Of a stretch of 64,000 nt of DNA, positions 50,940 through 60,158 are shown piece after piece (the stretch's first letter is position 1; every line of letters starts with the position of its first letter). Source of the stretch: Deltaproteobacteria bacterium (GTDB lineage Bacteria > Myxococcota_A > Polyangia > Polyangiales > Houyiibacteriaceae); the NCBI GenBank assembly GCA_034670305.1, contig JAXMNT010000026.1, forward strand, positions 25,402 through 89,401, given 5' to 3'. Position numbers and translations under genes: made by a program. The notes under the pieces were generated by a model that saw nothing but the letters and a program-made list of their open reading frames with translations, was not told where the DNA came from and did not search any database.

Positions 50940-52355
50940 TCACAACATGGTGCGGTGTTCGGTCATCGACATGGGAGCAGAACCCACCCCGGCACGTCGT
51001 TGCAAGCGCCCTTCGATCACGGCGCCTTCGGCGGCGACCCCTTCGAAGCCGGCGGCGCGGTACCCACGGAGCCGGTACGTCACTTCCAGCGACTCCCCTT
51101 CGGGGAACGACAGCTCGAGCGGGGTGACGCCGAGTCGCTCGTCGCCGCGCAGGACCGTCGCGCCTGGAGGGTCGGACACGAAACGAACGACCTGCGGGAC
51201 CGGTGTCAACGCACCCTCCGGCAGCCGGTCGGTCGTTGGCGCCGCCTGCATCTCGGTCGGCATCTCGGTGGGCTGCACTTTGGTCGGCGGTTCGGTTTCG
51301 GGCCCGGTTTCCAAGCGCGTGGTCGGCTCGACCGCATCGTCCCCCATCTGCGAGAGGCCGAGGCCGACGAGGAGCAGCAAGACCGCACCGGCCAGACCGA
51401 TCCAGGGCAGGCGGGAGGGCCCCGCAACCGGTTCGGGCGTGGCGACAGCAGCCGGCTCGGGCAGAGACGCCCGTGCGGACGGCGGCACACTCATGAGCCG
51501 GCCAGGATCCGCGTCGATGTCGGGCGCGGCAGCCGAGAGTGCTGCGGACAACGCCGCCATGCTCTGTGGCCGGTCGGCGGGGTCCTTGGCGAGGGCTTTC
51601 AAGATCGCCGCTTCGACGGCGGCCGGCATCGACACGTACTCGCTCGGCGGTTTGGGCTCCTCGTTCCCGTGTTTCCAGAGCAACTGGAAGTAGTTGCCGC
51701 CTTCGAAGGGCGGCCGGGCGGTCAACATCTCGTAGAGCATGACGCCGAGTGCGTAGATGTCGGCGCGGTGGTCGACGTCGGCTTCGCCGCGCGCCTGTTC
51801 CGGCGACATGTACAGCGGCGTGCCGACGAGCTGCCCGGTGCGCGTCATGCGGACCTGTTCGGCTTCGGCGGTCTTCACCTTGCTGATCCCGAAGTCGAGG
51901 ATCTTCACGAAGTCCGAGTCCCGTTTGCGGCAGATGAAGACGTTCTCGGGTTTCAGATCCCGGTGCACGATCCCGCCGTCGTGGGCAGCCTGCAGCGCCT
52001 CGCACATCTGGTGGGCGATCGGCAGCGCCCGGGACAGCGCCATGGGACCCGGTTCGATCACGTCCGCGAGGCTCTTGCCCTCGAGCATCTCCATGACGAG
52101 GAACACACGGCCGTCGTCGGTCGCGTCGAAGCTCACCACGTCTACGATGTTGTCGTGGTCGATGCTGCTGGCCGCCCGCGCTTCCTGTTTGAGGCGGTCG
52201 ATCGCGCTCTTGTTGGCGGCGACTTTGTCCGAGAGCACCTTCACCGCGAAGGGTTTGTCGAGGTGGATGTGGACCGCCATGTAGACGGTGCCCATGCCGC
52301 CTTCCCCGATCCGGCTGTCGACCTTGTACAGGCCGCTGAGCACCCGGCCGATCAT
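50940..52355 (-). CDS. Ser/Thr protein kinase with a TM segment and a C-terminal PEGA domain
   Basis: It has the full Hanks motifs (GEGGMGTVY, AVKVL, HRDLKPEN, DFGISK, GTPLYMSPE), then a TM helix, then PEGA (VRFVSDPPGATV). The N-terminus may extend upstream through a non-ATG start. Confidence 0.75.
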   Translation of the reverse strand: MIGRVLSGLYKVDSRIGEGGMGTVYMAVHIHLDKPFAVKVLSDKVAANKSAIDRLKQEARAASSIDHDNIVDVVSFDATDDGRVFLVMEMLEGKSLADVIEPGPMALSRALPIAHQMCEALQAAHDGGIVHRDLKPENVFICRKRDSDFVKILDFGISKVKTAEAEQVRMTRTGQLVGTPLYMSPEQARGEADVDHRADIYALGVMLYEMLTARPPFEGGNYFQLLWKHGNEEPKPPSEYVSMPAAVEAAILKALAKDPADRPQSMAALSAALSAAAPDIDADPGRLMSVPPSARASLPEPAAVATPEPVAGPSRLPWIGLAGAVLLLLVGLGLSQMGDDAVEPTTRLETGPETEPPTKVQPTEMPTEMQAAPTTDRLPEGALTPVPQVVRFVSDPPGATVLRGDERLGVTPLELSFPEGESLEVTYRLRGYRAAGFEGVAAEGAVIEGRLQRRAGVGSAPMSMTEHRTML

Positions 52356-52747
52356 CGGATCGGGCCCCTCGTCCGCGTCGTCGTCGTCGTAGACGATCGT
52401 CGGGCCCGTCTTGCCGGGGGGTGCCTCGTGAGGGCCGGAGAGGTCGTCGTCGGAGCTGGCGCCAACCGTCTTGGCGAGCGGATCGGTGCTGCTGAGCGCA
52501 GGCGTCTCCGCCCCGCCTGATTGAGTGTCTTTCGTCGGGTCGTCGACCGCCGGCTCTCGCTCCGCCTCCAGGGGATCCCTCCGTCGGCGCAGCCTACCAC
52601 GGGGTTTGCAGCCACGCCGCGGTTCAGGACTCGGACGTTTGTCGAGAGATGCGGACCAGTTGTCGGGGCCTTGCCCCTGCAGAAGGACGCCAGAGCAACT
52701 GGTCCAACGTCGCGCGGGTGGACCACGGGGTGTAGAAAGCAACCTGC

Positions 52748-53431
52748 GTGCCCCGCCTCTCCGACCAAGCCGAAGCCCTCCTCGACGCGGTCGGCGAAGA
52801 TGGCCAGTCCACCACACTCAAGCCGCGCCGCGGACACGTCCGATTGCTCCCCGGCAACCTCGGCAACGCCTTGTGGACCTCGCGCCCCTGGCTCCCCTAC
52901 GTCTGGTTCGCCCCCGTCGTCTCAGCGTGCCTCGAAGTCGCACCCCCAGCCGCCGAAGTCGGGGTGACCGTGCCAATCCCGGCCATGCTCGCCATCCCCG
53001 CCCTGTGGCTGAGCGGCGCCCTCGCCTGGATGTTGCTCGAGTACCTCATGCACCGCTTCTTCTTCCACCTCCGTGGAGACGGCCGACTCGTGCGCGGTTT
53101 CCGCTTCCTCGTCCACGAACACCACCACGCCCACCCCTGGGACGAACGCCGCATCGCCGCGACTTGGTGGCAGATGTCGCTCGCCATGCTCTTGCTCTTC
53201 GGCATCGAACGCGCGTTGGCGCCCGTCCTGTGGCCCCACGTCTTTCTCGGCAGCCTGGTCGCCTACCTCCTCTACGAAGCGATCCACCACCGCATCCACC
53301 ACGACCAAGAAGGCGGCCGGTTGCTGCGGGCCATCCGCGCCCACCACCTGAGGCACCACCACGGGCCAGACGGTGCGAAGCGCGGCTACGGGATCAGCAG
53401 CCCCGTCTTCGACTGGCTCTTCCGAACATGA
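52748..53431 (+). CDS. Fatty acid hydroxylase superfamily membrane protein (four His boxes)
   Basis: The His boxes are HRFFFH, HEHHHAHP, HHRIHHD and HHLRHHH. Confidence 0.6.
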   Translation: MPRLSDQAEALLDAVGEDGQSTTLKPRRGHVRLLPGNLGNALWTSRPWLPYVWFAPVVSACLEVAPPAAEVGVTVPIPAMLAIPALWLSGALAWMLLEYLMHRFFFHLRGDGRLVRGFRFLVHEHHHAHPWDERRIAATWWQMSLAMLLLFGIERALAPVLWPHVFLGSLVAYLLYEAIHHRIHHDQEGGRLLRAIRAHHLRHHHGPDGAKRGYGISSPVFDWLFRT

Positions 53432-53507
53432 AACTCGGCGCGTCGCGCTTTGGTGACCGGCCGACGGCCCAAGCATCGGTACCAGGCCGCTCCCTGCGCG
53501 GCGGCCT

Positions 53508-53539
53508 CACTTAACATGACAGCGCGGTCATGCTAAGTG
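53508..53539. promoter_or_regulatory. AT-rich palindrome CACTTAACATGAC-N6-GTCATGCTAAGTG upstream of the ACP gene
   Basis: A 13-bp arm with one mismatch, in an otherwise about 70% GC region, 120 bp upstream of the ACP start. Confidence 0.4.
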
Positions 53540-53658
53540 CCGCCTCCTCCGGAGGCTGCAATGAAACGTACGACCACAGACGTGCTCAGCGGTGGGCTTG
53601 GTGCCGCTGATTCTCTGAAACCAGTCCGGCCGACCACCCGTGCGGCGAGGAGCCACGC

Positions 53659-53919
53659 ATGAACGACGAACTCGAAGCCGAGCTGTGTGTCCTGATCGTC
53701 AAAGCGCTGCTCTTGGAGGACGTCACCCCGTCCGACATCGACCCCGCCGCCCCGCTCTTCGGCGAGGGTCTTGGTCTCGACAGCATCGACGCACTGGAGC
53801 TCGCGCTGGCGATCGAAAAGAAGTACGGGGTGCGCCTCAAGTCGACCGATGAATCCAGGGTGCACTTCACGTCGGTCCGGACTCTGGCTGCGCATGTGGC
53901 GGCGGAGCGGCCCGCATGA
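53659..53919 (+). CDS. Acyl carrier protein
   Basis: It has the phosphopantetheine attachment motif LGLDSIDALEL and is 86 aa. Confidence 0.8.
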   Translation: MNDELEAELCVLIVKALLLEDVTPSDIDPAAPLFGEGLGLDSIDALELALAIEKKYGVRLKSTDESRVHFTSVRTLAAHVAAERPA

Positions 53920-54989
53920 GCGAGCGCGAGTTGACCGCGATCGAAGCGAAGTTCGAGGCGCAGAAGATTGCCTTCGGCCCGTTCTACTTTCAGGCGGCGG
54001 TCGCGATCAAAGAGCTCGGACTGTTGGACGCGCTGGTGCGCAAACGTGGGCCCATGACGCCGGCTGCCTTGGCAGAGGCGTGTTCGGTCTCGCTCTACGC
54101 GGCCAAGACGTTGTGCGAGGCGGGCTTCTGCGCCGGGCTGCTGACGCGCGATGCCGAATCCAATGCGTACGAGATCACGAAGGTGGGTCGCTACATTCGC
54201 GCGGATCGCATGACCGAGGTCAACTTCAACTTCACCCAAGAAGTTTGTTATGCGGGGCTCGCGCGCCTCACCGAATCGTTCCGAACCGGCCGGCCCGAAG
54301 GACTCAAGGTGTTCGGCGACTGGCCGACCGTCTACGAAGGGCTCTCCGAGCTGCCGGATGGGGTCAAGAAGGCCTGGTTCGAGTTCGACCAGTTCTACTC
54401 CGACGACGCATTCATCTGCGCGCTCGATCTCGTGTTTGCGGGTTCGCCGCGGCACGTGCTCGACATCGGTGGCAACACCGGCAAGTGGGCGGAGGCCTGT
54501 TGCAAGCGCGACCCCGACGTCGAAGTCACGTTGGTGGACCTGCCGGGCCAGCTCCAAGTCGCCGAGGCGCGGCTCGGTGCACAACCGTTCGCGGAGCGCG
54601 TTCGCTACGCGGAGGTCGACTTGCTGGACGACGCCCAGAGCCTGCCGACCGGCGCCGACGTGGTGTGGATGAGTCAGTTCCTCGACTGCTTCGGAGACGA
54701 CGAGATTCGCTCCATTTTGACGCGGGTCCACCAGGCCATCGACGACGACGCCACCGTCTACATTCTCGAGCCCTTCTGGGACAACCAAGAGTTCGAAGCG
54801 GGCCGGTTCTGCCTCGTCGGCACGTCGCTCTACTTCAGCTGCATCGCGAACGGCAACAGCAAGATGCTCGGCATCGACGAGATGACCGAACACGGCCGCG
54901 CGACCGGTTTCGAGCTCGTCAGCGCGCACCCGCTTCTCGGCGACTCCTACCACACGCTGCTCAAGCTGAAGAAACGCGCCGCCGCATAG
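53916..54989 (+). CDS. Class I SAM-dependent O-methyltransferase (family-2-like with an N-terminal dimerisation/wHTH domain)
   Basis: It has the SAM motif VLDIGGNTGKWA followed by an acidic residue (LVDLPGQ). It overlaps the ACP gene through ATGA. Confidence 0.7.
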   Translation: MSERELTAIEAKFEAQKIAFGPFYFQAAVAIKELGLLDALVRKRGPMTPAALAEACSVSLYAAKTLCEAGFCAGLLTRDAESNAYEITKVGRYIRADRMTEVNFNFTQEVCYAGLARLTESFRTGRPEGLKVFGDWPTVYEGLSELPDGVKKAWFEFDQFYSDDAFICALDLVFAGSPRHVLDIGGNTGKWAEACCKRDPDVEVTLVDLPGQLQVAEARLGAQPFAERVRYAEVDLLDDAQSLPTGADVVWMSQFLDCFGDDEIRSILTRVHQAIDDDATVYILEPFWDNQEFEAGRFCLVGTSLYFSCIANGNSKMLGIDEMTEHGRATGFELVSAHPLLGDSYHTLLKLKKRAAA

Positions 54990-55034
54990 AGCGGCGCGCG
55001 TGGGGTCGGGTCGCCGTGGCCTGCGCTCAGCTCC

Positions 55035-56243
55035 TCATCCCACCAGCGCGTCGAGCTTCGCTTCGATCGTCTTCGCGCTCATCACGCCTTTGTAGACGTA
55101 GAGCGCCGCGCTCTTGGACTCGGCGAGCAGCTTCTCGCTGACTCGGAGCCGGGTCGATGCGGCGAAGAGCATCGGGACCGCGAGCCCTTTCTCCGCGAGT
55201 TCGACGCGTTTGAAAACCGCGTCTCGGCTCCAGTATCCCATGACTTCCAAGTACACAGTCGACTTGCCCTTGCGGAAGACCAGGTCGGGCACGCACTCGC
55301 CGACGCCGGGCAACGAGACCACCGCTTCGGCCGGCTCGCACGCCCACTTGCTCGTGCCCTTTTCGTGGCGGGCGGCCATCTTGGCGCGAAGCTTCTCGAC
55401 TTCGTCGGGCAACGCGACCGGCGCGCCCTCCCCGTCCTTCTCGCGTCCGCCATCGGCCCGGAACCGGAGCCTCGTGCGCTGTTTGCCCCAGCGGATCTTC
55501 GCATCGAGCGACCACCGGTCGCACGCGCGGATCGCGGGCAAGACGAGCGCGAGCTGCAGCCCGTACTTCGTGACGGACTGCAGCAAGCTGAACGGTCCGT
55601 CGATCGTGATGCGGTAGCCCTTGGCTTCGGGGAGCGGCTCGATGCGGTAGAGCAGCCGCCGGAACTTCATGGTGCGGAAGAGCGCGCGGTAGCCGGCGGC
55701 GTCTTGGCTCTCGACCTCGACCGTCACAGACTCCGCCCGCAGCAGCACCGCTTGCACCTGCGAACGTTCCCAGTGCACCGCGACCTCCGCACCGCTGATG
55801 TCGTCGAACGCGAGCAGACGGTGGGCGCTCTTGAGGTCCGCGAAGAGCAGCCGCTCCACCTCCTCGGCGGTGACCGAGTGGCTCGAAGCGATCTCGGCCA
55901 ACAGCGCATCGCGGTCGAACGCGTCGCTGCGGCGCGCGTCGGCCGCGCGCGTGAAGACCTCTTGCCGGAGCGCGACGGGATCGAGCTTCGTCTGCACTTC
56001 GAAGTCGCAGCGGTCGAGCACCAACTTCCGCAGGCCATCGGCGAGTTTGACGTCGCGGTTGTCCACCTTCACGTGGCCCATCGCTTCGAGCACTTCGCTG
56101 CGGCTCTCGCCCACCGAGGCCCGGGCGATGGTCACGTACCGCGCCGCGATCTCCGCTGCCCGGCTGCGGATCTTCGTGTCCATCTTGCGGAGTTTGAGTT
56201 CCCCGTCCCGCTTGGTGGCCAGCACGTGGTCACTTGTAAGCAA
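55035..56243 (-). CDS. Bax1-like (DUF790) nuclease partner of XPB
   Basis: It is about 400 aa, lies directly 3' of the XPB-like helicase, and has a C-terminal restriction-endonuclease-like segment (VPDLVFRKGKSTVYLEVMGYW). The start is uncertain (TTG at 56243, GTG at 56225 or ATG at 56183). Confidence 0.5.
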   Translation of the reverse strand: MLTSDHVLATKRDGELKLRKMDTKIRSRAAEIAARYVTIARASVGESRSEVLEAMGHVKVDNRDVKLADGLRKLVLDRCDFEVQTKLDPVALRQEVFTRAADARRSDAFDRDALLAEIASSHSVTAEEVERLLFADLKSAHRLLAFDDISGAEVAVHWERSQVQAVLLRAESVTVEVESQDAAGYRALFRTMKFRRLLYRIEPLPEAKGYRITIDGPFSLLQSVTKYGLQLALVLPAIRACDRWSLDAKIRWGKQRTRLRFRADGGREKDGEGAPVALPDEVEKLRAKMAARHEKGTSKWACEPAEAVVSLPGVGECVPDLVFRKGKSTVYLEVMGYWSRDAVFKRVELAEKGLAVPMLFAASTRLRVSEKLLAESKSAALYVYKGVMSAKTIEAKLDALVG

Positions 56244-57591
56244 CGTGGTCTCTCCGTCGTTCGCTGGTGTAGGCCTCGCCGGTCTGGGCGGTGATGATCT
56301 CGTAGAGGGTGGCGCGTTTGTCGCCCACCTTGCGCAGGATGCGGCCGAGCCGCTGCACGTGTTCCCGCACGCTGCCGCTGCCACTGACAACGATCGCCAC
56401 GTTCGCGTCCGGCACGTCGACGCCTTCGTTGAGCACCCGGCTCGTGACCACCGCGCGGTACCGGCCCGCCGCCAGGCCCTCGAGCACTTCGCTGCGTTCG
56501 CTGATCTTCGTCTGGTGGGTGATGGCCGGGATCAAGAACCGGCGACTGATCTCGTAGCAGGTGGCGTTGTCCGACGTGAACACGATCGCGCGGTCGTCGC
56601 AGTGTTCCTCGAGCAGGTTGCCGACGTAGTCGAGCTTGGCTGGCGCCGCGAACGCGAGCTGTTTCTGTTTGCGGTAGCCCGCCATCGCGCGGCGGCCTTC
56701 GTCGCTTCGGGCGCTGCGCTGGATGAACTCGCTCCAGCCCTTCTTCGAGCCCATGCGGATGCCTTGGCTGCGCAGAAACGCCAGATAGATCGCACGCGCC
56801 TCTTCGTACTCCTGGCGCTCTTCAGGAGAGAACTCCACCTGGATGTGGATGGTCTCGTAGTCGGCGAGGTAGTCGCCGCTCATCGCGACGATCTCTTGCC
56901 GGTAGCAGATGGGCCCGATGAGCGCGTCGATGACTTCTTCGCGGCCATCCTCGCGTTCCGGAGTCGCGGTCAACCCGAGCCGGTACGGCGCCAGACAACA
57001 GCGGGCCGCGAGCGCGTAGCTCTCGCCGGGCAGGTGGTGGCACTCGTCGAACACCACGATGCCGAACCGGTTGCCGAGGTGCTCCATGTGGATGTACGCA
57101 GAGTCGTAGGTGGTGACGGTCAGATCCTCGACGGTGTGGTCGCCGCCGCCGACGATGCCCACCGGTCGGTCGAACGCGGTGCGCAAGTTGTCGTGCCACT
57201 GCCGCACCAGGTCGAGCGTGGGCGCCACGACCAGCGTGCTCCGCCGAAGCGCATCGATCGCCATCATCGCCACGTGGCTCTTGCCGGCGCCGGTCGGGAG
57301 CACCACGAGCCCGCGGCCCTGCGCGCCCCGCCAGGCCTTCAGCGCTTCGTCCTGGTACGGGCGCGGCGTTCGGCGCACGCGGAGTCCCTCGTCCAGGGTG
57401 GTGTAGGCGCGCGCTTCGTCCTCGTAGGGCTCTTTGCGCTGGTGCAAGCGCAGCAGGATCGGCGCGTAGTCGATCGCCGCGGCGCGGTGGCACGCAGCCC
57501 GCGGATCCCAGACACACTCGGGCGGCGTGCGCGGGTCGCCACGCTCGAGACCGTGCAGCTCCAGCGTGCCCTGGACGAACCTGAGCGTGAT
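56230..57591 (-). CDS. XPB/Rad25-like SF2 DNA helicase (bacterial short form)
   Basis: It has motif I (LPTGAGKS), motif II (DECHH), motif III (TATPER) and motif VI (QRLGRILR), plus an N-terminal about 80-aa domain. Confidence 0.7.
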   Translation of the reverse strand: MTLRFVQGTLELHGLERGDPRTPPECVWDPRAACHRAAAIDYAPILLRLHQRKEPYEDEARAYTTLDEGLRVRRTPRPYQDEALKAWRGAQGRGLVVLPTGAGKSHVAMMAIDALRRSTLVVAPTLDLVRQWHDNLRTAFDRPVGIVGGGDHTVEDLTVTTYDSAYIHMEHLGNRFGIVVFDECHHLPGESYALAARCCLAPYRLGLTATPEREDGREEVIDALIGPICYRQEIVAMSGDYLADYETIHIQVEFSPEERQEYEEARAIYLAFLRSQGIRMGSKKGWSEFIQRSARSDEGRRAMAGYRKQKQLAFAAPAKLDYVGNLLEEHCDDRAIVFTSDNATCYEISRRFLIPAITHQTKISERSEVLEGLAAGRYRAVVTSRVLNEGVDVPDANVAIVVSGSGSVREHVQRLGRILRKVGDKRATLYEIITAQTGEAYTSERRRDHVAYK

Positions 57592-57711
57592 CATCGAAAC
57601 GGTCGTAGCAGAAGTCGAGGCCCGCACGCGAACCTCCTCGTCCTGTCCGCCCGAGGGTTGCGGATTGCGGATGGCTCCGCGCCGAGTCCTCGCGTACCGT
57701 GGCTGGCAGCC

Positions 57712-58591
57712 GATGAGTGAATGGATCGAGGACGAAGTCGTCCGCACCCACCCACCCCCGACGGCCAAGATCCGACTGGACGGCGACGGGGTCGAGTACT
57801 GGCCCAACGTGGCGACGCGGGTCGTCGCGCCGTGGAACACCATCTTCGGAGTCGCGCTGGTCCCGCTCGAATCGCCGACCCGCGCCTACATCTTGGTGCC
57901 GCGCAAACCACCGGCGCCCCCCTGGCTCCTGGTCACCCCGTCGGACCTGCCCAAAGACCTCGCCCACGAAGGACTCGCAGGTCTGGGCAAGCGGGTCCGC
58001 GAACGGCTCGGCCAGCGGGGTTACCGAGACGCGGGTCCGACCCGGCCGTTGCTCGACAGCGACACCCTCATGTCCAAGGTGCTCGATCGCGCCGAGGTGC
58101 CCGGCGCGCTCGAGGTCCCCGTCGCGGCTGGCCCTGGGGGCTGGTGGCGGCGCTCCCTCGACTTCTTCGCCGCCGGCTCGGCCGGCGGCCTCGCGGGCCT
58201 CTACGCGGGAGGGCTCACCGGGAGCATGGTGGTCGCCGCCGGCATCGCGCTCGGCGGTGCGGTGCTCGGCGCATCGGTCCCCGTCGTGCTGGCCAGCAAC
58301 TGGCGCTCTGTCCGAAGACGCCGCACCCGGCCACGGGTCTTGGTGCTCGCACCCGATGGCTGCGTGGTCGGCCTTCCCTCGGGCCCAAGGGCGTTCAGCT
58401 GGCCCGAGGTGGCGCGCTTCGAAGCCGGCGCCCAGCCGACGCCGCAGAAGCCACTCGGCCCCGACCGACCGTGTTTGGACGTCTACCTGCAGGGCGGCGA
58501 GTGCGCGGGCCGCATCGACGGAGCCTGGTTCGCCGAACCGCTGGAGTTGATCGTGGCGGTCGCCGAGGCGTACCGGGTCCGGCACCAGTAG
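57712..58591 (+). CDS. Hypothetical membrane protein, divergent from the helicase
   Basis: Central Gly/Ala-rich TM helices are present. No family is recognised. Confidence 0.4.
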
Positions 58592-58725
58592 CCGGAGCAC
58601 TGCTGCGGGCGCTCGAACGCGTGCGCTGCGGGCAGGCCCCAAGATGCGAACTCGCGTCGGCACAAAGAAAAGAGGCGCCCCTTTCGGAGCGCCTCCCTTC
58701 TCGTTGGTTGTGCTGGCTCGAGGCT

Positions 58726-60018
58726 CTAGGCGCCGCCGATGCCGATGCCCACGCACATCGAGTCGCGGCAGAACTCCCGCCGTCCGCACACGGTGCCGCA
58801 GTCCCCGCAGTTCTCGGGATCGTTGCGGGTGTCGACGCAGGTGTCGCCGCAGCTCGTGAGCGGCGGGCGGCAGAAGATGTCACCCGCCCGGCATTCGCCG
58901 CGGGTGCAGGTCTCGAGGTCGGCACACACGACGCCACAGTCACCACAGTTGTTCTCGTCCGTGTTGGTGTCCACGCACGAGCCGTCGCAGTCGGTCAGAC
59001 GGCCGCCGCAGTCGGCGATGCACTCGCCGAGGCGACACGACTCACCGTCGGCGCACGCCATGTCGCAACCGCCGCAGTGCGCGGGGTCGGTGCGGGGATC
59101 GACGCACATGTCGCCGCAGGAGATGCCGCCGTCGCCACAGTCGAGCGTGCATGTACCGCCGGTGCAGACTTCGCCCGCCCCGCAGGCCATGCCGCAGCCA
59201 CCGCAGTGAAGCGGGTTGGTGTTGGTGTTCGTGCAGACGCCGCGGCAGTCGACGCCGCCGCGCGGACACGTGCAGGCGCCGTCGAGGCAACGGGCGCCGT
59301 CCGCGCAGACCACATCGCATCCGCCGCAGTGATCGGGATCGCCGCTGGTGTCGACGCAGGAGCCGCCGCAGTCGGTGTCGCCGTCTGCGCACATCGCCGC
59401 GCAGTCGCCACCGTCACAGACTTCGCCCGCGTCGCATGCGTTGCCGCAGCGACCACAGTTCATCGGGTCTTCGTCCAGCACCACGCAGGCATCCGAACAC
59501 TCGACCGCATCGCCGACGCACGCACACGCGCTGTCGCGGCAGACCGAATCGGCCGCGCATGCGTTGCCGCAGCGACCGCAGTTCTCGTCGTCGCTGGCGA
59601 GCAGGGTGCAGACCCCATCGCAGTCCGTCGTGCCGCGGGGACACGCGTCCGAACAGCTGCCAAACGCACAGACCTGCTCCGAGCCGCACGCAATGTCGCA
59701 GCCGCCGCAGTGCGCGACGTCGGAGCGGAAGTCCACGCACACGCCGTCGCAGTCCGCTTCTTCGGCGCCGCACTCGACCATCATGCCGGCGTCTTCGCCG
59801 CCGCCCGCGTCTTCGCCGCCGCCGGTGTCTTCGCCGCCACCGCCGTCGTCGGAGTCACCGGCGTCTTCGCCGCCGCCGCCGGTGTCGACCCGCAATGCGT
59901 CCACGCCGCCCGCGTCGCCGTCCGGGGGGGTGTCGTCGTCGCCGCACCCCGTGAACGCCAAGCCCAACATCAAAACCGCCGCAAGCCCCACCCGGGAGCC
60001 GCCATTAATCCAACCCAT
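58726..60018 (-). CDS. Lipoprotein made of about 11 Myxococcus-type cysteine-rich repeats (DCDGxCVDxxxDxxHCGxCxxxCxxGxxCxxGxC)
   Basis: It has a lipobox (LAFTGC), an acidic G/D linker, then regular 6-Cys repeats. Confidence 0.7.
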   Translation of the reverse strand: MGWINGGSRVGLAAVLMLGLAFTGCGDDDTPPDGDAGGVDALRVDTGGGGEDAGDSDDGGGGEDTGGGEDAGGGEDAGMMVECGAEEADCDGVCVDFRSDVAHCGGCDIACGSEQVCAFGSCSDACPRGTTDCDGVCTLLASDDENCGRCGNACAADSVCRDSACACVGDAVECSDACVVLDEDPMNCGRCGNACDAGEVCDGGDCAAMCADGDTDCGGSCVDTSGDPDHCGGCDVVCADGARCLDGACTCPRGGVDCRGVCTNTNTNPLHCGGCGMACGAGEVCTGGTCTLDCGDGGISCGDMCVDPRTDPAHCGGCDMACADGESCRLGECIADCGGRLTDCDGSCVDTNTDENNCGDCGVVCADLETCTRGECRAGDIFCRPPLTSCGDTCVDTRNDPENCGDCGTVCGRREFCRDSMCVGIGIGGA

Positions 60019-60158
60019 GAATCCCACCTCCAAAGGACCAGGGTATCGCGGAGGGAAGCGGCTCGCCAGAACGAGGTGATCGGAGCCTCGAGCACGGCGG
60101 ATCGGGCCACACAGCCATCCGTCGCCGTTTGGCGGCATCCTGCTAGAGTCAGCCCGCC

